DNA of 64,000 bases from an uncultured Bacilli bacterium. Its GTDB lineage: Bacteria; Bacillota_I; Bacilli_A; RF39; UBA660. The notes below the pieces were generated by a model that was not told the DNA's origin, searched no databases, and was given only the letters and a program-made list of their open reading frames with translations. This document shows, piece after piece, positions 57,717-64,000 of the stretch. The translations under genes were made by a program, and so were the position numbers. Position 1 is the stretch's first letter, and each line of letters begins with the position of its first letter. The DNA is taken from positions 6,355 to 70,354 of the forward strand of contig CAJTKV010000001.1 in the NCBI GenBank assembly GCA_910577075.1, read 5' to 3'.

Positions 57717-58304
57717 TCATAGCTTCTTTTGCAATTTTAAAACCTCAATATATTCCTGATACTCTGGTATTTCACTCTCTAAAAGCGCTATATCTTCATC
57801 TATGGCCTCCATTACGATTGCCTCCTCTAAATCAGCACTATCAAAAACGCGAATAAAACATGGATGATCAAGAGACTTAATTATGACGTATTTTCCCTCT
57901 TTAAAAATAGGCACAATATTAATAGCTTCTAAATCTTCGCCTATTTTAATATTTTTTGGTACTATCTCTACTTCTGGGGCATTATAATATTCAAAGTTCT
58001 TATGCTCATAACCATTAGCAATCCACGCCAACCTATCACAAAGAAGTTTAATAGTATTTTTAGAAGAAGTTTTAAATATATGTAAGCATGCCAATATTAC
58101 ACAAAATTGTGATACGCTATTTATAATCAAAAGAGGATTGGCAAAAATTGAAATTGCTATTAAAATGACAAAATATATTATAAATATTGCCATATATTTT
58201 GGACCAGTAAATTTCATTCGTTTCTGTGCCTTCTTACATTCTTTTGCAATATCAATTATGGAAGAATATCCAAACTGTTGATATTTATTATCTATCTTTT
58301 TCAT
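57717..58304 (-). CDS. 2-TM membrane protein, paralog 3 of tandem triplet
   Basis: AGGTGG RBS. Two TM helices, then IVPKNIKIGEDLEAINIVPIFKEGKYVIIKSL. Confidence 0.65.
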   Translation of the reverse strand: MKKIDNKYQQFGYSSIIDIAKECKKAQKRMKFTGPKYMAIFIIYFVILIAISIFANPLLIINSVSQFCVILACLHIFKTSSKNTIKLLCDRLAWIANGYEHKNFEYYNAPEVEIVPKNIKIGEDLEAINIVPIFKEGKYVIIKSLDHPCFIRVFDSADLEEAIVMEAIDEDIALLESEIPEYQEYIEVLKLQKKL

Positions 58305-58321
58305 CTTTACTCGCCACCTAT

Positions 58322-58894
58322 CTAAGTGCGCAAAATCAATCTCTTAGTCTTTCTTTCTATTTTTCTTTTGGTCTTGGCATCCAAATTTTGATATTCTTTT
58401 GAAGCTTCCAACTCATCCAACATTTTTACAACTTGCTCACCATTTTCCTCATACTGTGCTAATATAACTGGTGCTGTAAATAATCTTTTTATAATTACAT
58501 ATTTTCCCTCTTTAAATATTGGAACTTTGTTTACTGCCTCTAAATCTTCGCCTACCTTGATATTTTTAGGAATAATAGTAACATCATTAAAGTTTAATTG
58601 TTGAAAGTTATGATCATCAAGTTCATTACATATCTTACTAGATAATTCGTTAAAAAAAGTCTGTGTCTTTTCTTTCATAGATTCTTTCGAATTGGCAGCA
58701 ATACTGAGAATCCCCCCAAAAAATGATGTCAAAGGGAAAAATTTACCAACAGGAACAAAATTAAAGGCCAATAATATTGCTAAGATTATTTCTCCCACAA
58801 TAGATCCGTAAAGAACACTATTTGTAAGAAAACGTTTACTTTTTCGCGATTTTATCACCTTTACAATATTTTCATCACATTCAAAATCTCTCAT
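58322..58894 (-). CDS. 2-TM membrane protein, paralog 2 of tandem triplet
   Basis: Start moved to ATG 58894 (GGGGG RBS), because the track start is a TTG inside paralog 1. Carries IIPKNIKVGEDLEAVNKVPIFKEGKYVIIKRL. Confidence 0.65.
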   Translation of the reverse strand: MRDFECDENIVKVIKSRKSKRFLTNSVLYGSIVGEIILAILLAFNFVPVGKFFPLTSFFGGILSIAANSKESMKEKTQTFFNELSSKICNELDDHNFQQLNFNDVTIIPKNIKVGEDLEAVNKVPIFKEGKYVIIKRLFTAPVILAQYEENGEQVVKMLDELEASKEYQNLDAKTKRKIERKTKRLILRT

Positions 58895-58916
58895 AAATAC
58901 CCCCTGTAACTCTAAT

Positions 58917-59486
58917 TTATTTTTCTTCAATATTCCTTTTAAGAACCTTCATATTATTGCGAACAAATTCACTTTCGACCGCTAAATCATTGAGAACACC
59001 TAGCATTTCTTCATTTTCTAAAACATCAACATTATTTTTTCCATCAACTTCAAGTTGTCTTAAAACAAAAGAAGAAGGTCGCGATTTTATAACTAGATAG
59101 TAGCCATTTTCAAAAACAGGCTTCATATTAGGATCCTCAATAACATCAAACACTTGAATTTTTGAAGAAATTACTTCAATATCATTTAAAGAATCTATGT
59201 TACAACTCTTTTCTGTTACCTTCTCAATATCATGTGCCAATTGGCGGATATATGGCTCATTTCGTTGATCAACATTTTTTCCTCCAATTCCAAAAATAGC
59301 AATACCTGAGCTGATAATAGACGCTATATCCGTAACAATTTGTTTTAAATATCCAACTCTTCGCATTGCAATTAAGACAATAACTATAAAAAGCCATCCA
59401 AAAGCTGAAGTTCTTTCAATTTGTCCACGATTTTTCAATCTTCGCATTTGCGCTGCCGTATTCTCACTGTCATATAACCTCTTCAT
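58917..59486 (-). CDS. 2-TM membrane protein, paralog 1 of tandem triplet (most divergent)
   Basis: GAGGTGGA RBS. Two TM helices, then VISSKIQVFDVIEDPNMKPVFENGYYLVIKSR. Confidence 0.65.
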   Translation of the reverse strand: MKRLYDSENTAAQMRRLKNRGQIERTSAFGWLFIVIVLIAMRRVGYLKQIVTDIASIISSGIAIFGIGGKNVDQRNEPYIRQLAHDIEKVTEKSCNIDSLNDIEVISSKIQVFDVIEDPNMKPVFENGYYLVIKSRPSSFVLRQLEVDGKNNVDVLENEEMLGVLNDLAVESEFVRNNMKVLKRNIEEK

Positions 59487-59519
59487 TTAATCCACCTCGC
59501 TCTATATACTATCACAAAA

Positions 59520-59545
59520 CAAAAAAAACATCTACAAAGAGATGT
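59520..59545 (-). terminator. Rho-independent terminator after typA
   Basis: acatct-acaaag-agatgt hairpin followed by T9 on the minus strand. Overlaps the stop codon. Confidence 0.6.
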
Positions 59546-61353
59546 TATTTTCTATTTAAACGATATCTTTCATTAGGATCTAATATAGCTTTTCTAATTC
59601 TAATATCATCAGGAGTAATTTCTACATACTCATCATCTTCAATAAATTCTAGTGCTTCTTCAAGAGTAAATGTTCTTGGCTTAATTAGAGCAATTGCATC
59701 ATCTGATCCACTAGCACGAGTATTAGTAAGTTGTTTATTCTTACATGGATTGACATTTAAGTCATTATCGCGATTATGAATACCAACAACCATACCTACA
59801 TAGACATCAGTAGCAGGTCCAACAATTAATTGACCACGATCCTGTAAGTTAAATAGTGAGAATCCTAAAGTTTTACCAGCCTCCATAGAGACAAGTACAC
59901 CATTCTTACGAGTTGTCAATTCTCCAGCATATGGCTTATACTCATCAAATGATCTAACCATAATACCTTCACCCTTAGTATTTGTTATGAATGCTGAACG
60001 ATATCCAATTAAGCCACGAGTAGGAGCAGAGAATGTCAAATGTGTATAGTTATCATCACCTGTTGTCATACTCATTAAAAGCCCCTTGCGCTCTTGCAAA
60101 TCGCTTATAATAGTTGAAGCAAAATCAGAAGGAGTATTAATAATTACTGTTTCAAATGGTTCACATTTCTTTCCATCTATTTCTTGGAATAAAACTTGTG
60201 GTTTTGATACAGATAATTCATAACCTTCACGACGCATATTCTCAAGTAATATAGATAAATGCAACTCACCACGGCCGGATACCTTAAATCCATCACTTCC
60301 TGGTAATTCTTCCACTTCAAGACCAACATTAGTTTCAAGTTCTTTATCTAATCTATCCTTAATATGACGACTAGTTAAGAACTTACCACTTTGTCCAGCA
60401 AAAGGTGAATTATTAACTAAGAAATTCATCGAAAGCGTTGGTCTTTCAATTTCTATTGGAGGAAGCGGATTTGGCTTACCATGCTCACAAATTGTATCAC
60501 CAATAGAAATATGGTTACATCCAGCAATAGTTACAATATCTCCATAATAAGCTTCGCTCTTCTCGACCTTATTTAATCCCTCATTGACGAATAATTTAGT
60601 AATTTTAAAGCTCGTCTCTTCGCCATCATTTTTAACTAGAGTAACTAATTCATTTGCCTTAATTTTACCGGATTTAACACGTCCTATTCCTAGACGCCCT
60701 ATATATCCATCATATGCTAAAGAAGATACTTGCAATTGTAAATCATCATCTTCACTTCCGGCATATGGTTCAACTTGTTTTAAAATGGTCTCAAGTAAAG
60801 GTGAAATATTATTCTCCCCTAAATCATCAGGATCTAGAGTAGCAATACCTTGTTTTGCAATACCATAAACAATTGGGAAGTCTAATTGTTCATCGGTAGC
60901 ATTAAGTTCAACGAATAAATCAAAAGTCATATCGACAACTTCTTGAATACGCGCATCCTTCTTATCAATCTTATTGATAAATAGAATTGGTCTTAGGTTT
61001 TGCTCTAATGCTTTCTTTAAAACAAATCTCGTTTGAGGCATTACACCTTCAGCTGAATCCACTAGCAAAATAACTGTATCGACAGTTTTAATAACTCTTT
61101 CTACTTCACTAGAAAAATCCGCATGGCCTGGAGTATCAACAATATTTATCTTATAATCCTTGTACCTTATTGCACAATTCTTTGAATAAATTGTTATACC
61201 TCTTTCTCTTTCAATATCATTCGAATCCATCACTTGTTCAACAATTTGATCATGTTCTGAAAAAACACCATTTTGTTGCAATAATGCATCTACTAATGTT
61301 GATTTACCTGCATCAACGTGTGCCACAACGGCAATATTAATAATTTTATCCAT
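59545..61353 (-). CDS. typA: Translational GTPase TypA/BipA
   Basis: Start moved to MDKIINIAVVAHVDAGKSTLVD (G1). DTPGHADF (G3), NKIDK (G4). Confidence 0.95.
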   Translation of the reverse strand: MDKIINIAVVAHVDAGKSTLVDALLQQNGVFSEHDQIVEQVMDSNDIERERGITIYSKNCAIRYKDYKINIVDTPGHADFSSEVERVIKTVDTVILLVDSAEGVMPQTRFVLKKALEQNLRPILFINKIDKKDARIQEVVDMTFDLFVELNATDEQLDFPIVYGIAKQGIATLDPDDLGENNISPLLETILKQVEPYAGSEDDDLQLQVSSLAYDGYIGRLGIGRVKSGKIKANELVTLVKNDGEETSFKITKLFVNEGLNKVEKSEAYYGDIVTIAGCNHISIGDTICEHGKPNPLPPIEIERPTLSMNFLVNNSPFAGQSGKFLTSRHIKDRLDKELETNVGLEVEELPGSDGFKVSGRGELHLSILLENMRREGYELSVSKPQVLFQEIDGKKCEPFETVIINTPSDFASTIISDLQERKGLLMSMTTGDDNYTHLTFSAPTRGLIGYRSAFITNTKGEGIMVRSFDEYKPYAGELTTRKNGVLVSMEAGKTLGFSLFNLQDRGQLIVGPATDVYVGMVVGIHNRDNDLNVNPCKNKQLTNTRASGSDDAIALIKPRTFTLEEALEFIEDDEYVEITPDDIRIRKAILDPNERYRLNRK

Positions 61354-61474
61354 AAAAATCACTTCCCTTTTTGTCAACTACTAAATAATACAACCATTTA
61401 GACTATTTTGCAAGAAAAAAATAAAACTCTTCTTATATTTAATGATTTAATGTATAATTATGATAGGTGATTTT

Positions 61475-64000
61475 ATGCGTAGTAAATTATTAAATTTCTT
61501 AAAAAACAATAGATTATATTTTGCCACTTTCTTTATTGGCGTATTGATAGTCGGCTTTATTTATCAATTAAATAATGTAACTCCTCTGGGAGATAATTCT
61601 CTTCTATGTGTGGATTTTTATCATCAATACGGACCAATGCTTGGTGAACTATATGATAGGTTACATAGTTTCTCCGGTTTTACCTACTCCTTCAGCATGG
61701 GGTTAGGTCTTCCTTTCTTTAGAAACTTTTTAAATTATCTATCTAGTCCCTTTAATATAATTATGTTATTATTCACGAGAAATAATCTTGTTACTTCTTA
61801 TTCTTTTATAATCGGACTTAAGGCCGTTGTTGCCAGCGTAACTATGGTTTATTACTTAAGTAAGAAATTTGACACTAAAAAATTATATTTAATTCCCCTT
61901 GGAATAATCTATGCTTTCCAAGCCTACTTTTCTGCATATTACTGGAATATCATGTGGTTAGATGGCTTAGTATTCCTCCCTCTTATAACACTCGGAATAG
62001 AGAGCATTGTCAAAGAAAACAAATGGAAACTCTACACCTTCAGTTTAGCTCTTATGCTAATAGCAAATTACTTCATCGGTTATATGATATGCATCTTCTC
62101 TGTTGTCTATTTCCTTATATATAATATTTATAAATTTAAAATTAAAAAAGGAGAAACTTTAAAGAATATAAAGATATTCTTTAAAAGATGCTTCACATTT
62201 GGAATATGTTCTTTAATTGCGGGCCTTTTAACCGCGGCCTTCCTTTTGCCAATGGCTCAATCTATGGCATCAATTTCAGCAACAGGAGGAGAAATACCGA
62301 CAAGCCAGTATTATGCCTTTGAATTTGTCGATTATCTCTTTGGACATTTCACGGGTGTTGACACAACTGTCTTTGCATCAGACACAATAACCAATCCGAA
62401 TATATCATGTGGCATTCTCTCGGTTGCTTTACTTCTCCTTTATCTAATAAATATAGATATTCCAATAAAAAACAAAATATGTTATCTTCTCATATTGGGA
62501 TTCTTTATATTGGCATTCTTCTTGCCACAACTAGATTATATCTTACATGCCTTTCACGTTCCAAACGACTTGCCATATCGCTATTCGTTCCTCTACAGTT
62601 TTGTTCTTGTAACTATATGTGCCTACAGTCTTATTAACATTAAAAAGATTAATTTTCCCATGGTAGCACTATCCTATGTCTTCTTAATCGTGCTGTTGCT
62701 ACTCGTTAAAGAAGAAGGATGGCAAGGAATAACCACTAATATGATATATATCAACATGATTCTTCTTAGTCTATACTTTGTCTTCTATGCTTGTTACTAT
62801 TTTACCAATAGACTACCTAGTCTATTCTATATTGGCATTATAGCTGTTGCATCTGTGGATGTTATCATTGCCATTAATTATAACTGGGATATAACACAAG
62901 TTTTAAGTGTCTTTTATGAAGATTACAATTCAACAGAAGAATTACTAGATTATGTAAAAAATTATGATGATGAATTATTCTATCGCATTGAAAATACGGA
63001 AATGATGACCCTTAATGACTCTTCTTGGTATAACTACAATGGTATGACAACTTTCTCATCTATGGCCTACGAAAATATGGCTATATTACAACATAACTTG
63101 GGAATCCCAGGAAACGAAATAAACAGTTACTATTATGTTCATTCGACCCCAATATATGATTTGATGTTCGATATAAAATACTTCATTGGTTCCCTAAATG
63201 ACTATTTCCGCTATAAAGAGATAAAGACAATAGAGGAAACTGCTAATGAGTTTGTCTATAATGTTGGTCTCATATATGGTGTTAAAGAAGATATTAAAGA
63301 TTGGACCGCTGGAGTTGGTAACCCTTTTGCTGCACAAAATGATTATATGTATTACGCTACCGGTATCGATAACGTTTTAGAACCAACAACTCTAATAAAC
63401 ACCGAAGAAGTATATAATGACAGTACAAGTGTTATTCTAAAATATCAATATGAAAATCCTTTTGATAACATGTATTTTTACAGTGATGATTATAACATTG
63501 ACTTTATCATCATTGGTGATACTCTTTATTATAAAAATGATAATTATGAAACTATTTTAGAAAACAATCCCGATATATACTATGCCTATCTCGATGACTA
63601 CAGTGAATCAAATGTCATAAATATATCATCAAGTGATGAAATCATAGATATATATGTCGGATTTAATAATTACTATGAAACATCATTCAATGTATATAAT
63701 ATTAATCATGATAACTTTATAGAAGCATATAATTATTTAAATAGTTATAAATTCGATATGATGTCTTATAAAGAAGACGAAATAATCGGCAATATAAATT
63801 TAGATGAAAATATGTACGTCTATACATCCATTCCTTATGATCAAGGATGGCATGTCTATATCGATGGAAAAGAAGTAGAAACAGAATCCTTAGAAGATAC
63901 CCTATTAATATTCAAATGTAATGCTGGAACCCATAATATTCGCCTTAAATATCGTGCTCCATTAAGCACAATTGGCAAAATAATAAGCCTTCTTACCATC
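61475..64000 (+). CDS. yfhO: YfhO-family membrane glycosyltransferase, 3' end beyond window
   Basis: Absent from ORF track because it has no stop in the window. ATG 61475 after an AGGTGA RBS: MRSKLLNFLKNNRLYFATFFIG..DFYHQYGPMLGELYDRL..GLGLPFFRNFLNYLSSPFN. Many TM helices. Open for 842 codons to base 64000. Confidence 0.85.
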   Translation, partial: MRSKLLNFLKNNRLYFATFFIGVLIVGFIYQLNNVTPLGDNSLLCVDFYHQYGPMLGELYDRLHSFSGFTYSFSMGLGLPFFRNFLNYLSSPFNIIMLLFTRNNLVTSYSFIIGLKAVVASVTMVYYLSKKFDTKKLYLIPLGIIYAFQAYFSAYYWNIMWLDGLVFLPLITLGIESIVKENKWKLYTFSLALMLIANYFIGYMICIFSVVYFLIYNIYKFKIKKGETLKNIKIFFKRCFTFGICSLIAGLLTAAFLLPMAQSMASISATGGEIPTSQYYAFEFVDYLFGHFTGVDTTVFASDTITNPNISCGILSVALLLLYLINIDIPIKNKICYLLILGFFILAFFLPQLDYILHAFHVPNDLPYRYSFLYSFVLVTICAYSLINIKKINFPMVALSYVFLIVLLLLVKEEGWQGITTNMIYINMILLSLYFVFYACYYFTNRLPSLFYIGIIAVASVDVIIAINYNWDITQVLSVFYEDYNSTEELLDYVKNYDDELFYRIENTEMMTLNDSSWYNYNGMTTFSSMAYENMAILQHNLGIPGNEINSYYYVHSTPIYDLMFDIKYFIGSLNDYFRYKEIKTIEETANEFVYNVGLIYGVKEDIKDWTAGVGNPFAAQNDYMYYATGIDNVLEPTTLINTEEVYNDSTSVILKYQYENPFDNMYFYSDDYNIDFIIIGDTLYYKNDNYETILENNPDIYYAYLDDYSESNVINISSSDEIIDIYVGFNNYYETSFNVYNINHDNFIEAYNYLNSYKFDMMSYKEDEIIGNINLDENMYVYTSIPYDQGWHVYIDGKEVETESLEDTLLIFKCNAGTHNIRLKYRAPLSTIGKIISLLTI

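Noticed and set aside
624-62637. About 45 short track ORFs lying antisense to or out of frame within long, motif-supported genes. Examples are 624-866, 2498-2991, 4408-4737, 6530-6748, 7968-8264, 10915-11391, 14018-14635, 15186-15497, 19538-19795, 20514-20958, 24311-24948, 32010-32252, 37609-37845, 41733-42249, 43073-43348, 47438-47838, 52020-52439, 53035-53589, 54348-54718, 60584-60868 and 62407-62637.
   Set aside because: Their translations are low-complexity and rich in Ile/Leu/Phe/Ser, as expected from the reverse strand of AT-rich coding DNA. They have no RBS, and each is fully nested in a gene with clear family motifs.
1-64000. CRISPR arrays, rRNA genes, and large (>100 bp) perfect repeats.
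   Set aside because: None seen on reading the sequence. The only repeats are the IS inverted ends, the secA-tail copies, the paralog triplet, and coding low-complexity Thr-rich tracts (1740-2000 and 37880-38050).

Overview
AT-rich, standard-code (TGA is a stop) chromosome segment of a low-GC Firmicute. Gene content resembles Erysipelotrichia or Clostridia gut isolates, but that taxon call is inference. There are about 75 genes, tightly packed and mostly on the minus strand. I found no rRNA and no CRISPR array; there is one tRNA-Gln(CUG) and one intact IS3-family element. The right quarter (49.2-64 kb) is core housekeeping: secA, hpf, a csp, smpB, rnr, secG, a femAB-like gene, typA and yfhO. 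It is interrupted only by a tandem triplet of paralogous 2-TM membrane proteins (57.7-59.5 kb). The left half mixes housekeeping and accessory genes: a partial SF2 helicase, a 1392-aa multidomain surface protein, SDRs, an XRE regulator, an AI-2E transporter, a VanRS-like two-component pair, frameshifted asnB, an MGMT-like plus SPL-like radical SAM pair, a PAP2/UPF0104/pssA/psd lipid operon, and a five-gene nucleotide housecleaning operon. The middle holds a LysR-controlled heptacistronic operon, coaC-X-coaB-Y-cysE-methyltransferase-aminotransferase, with two unassignable genes translationally coupled into the CoA module. A roughly 13-kb accessory block (36.3-49.2 kb) abuts secA. It carries a CHAP amidase, a second SF2 helicase, a three-gene operon (radical SAM::HD fusion, atypical radical-SAM-like enzyme, NUDIX), a NAT-like protein, an Isf-type flavoprotein, an APH-like kinase and RhuM. 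The last 43 bp of secA (the SEC-C zinc-finger coding end) occurs three times in direct orientation around the RhuM and kinase cassettes, and one remnant also repeats the secA terminator hairpin. Four reading frames are broken by single-base indels, at least two of them in short homopolymers, so sequencing error versus real decay must be resolved. All functional calls come from motif reading of translations; no database search was possible.
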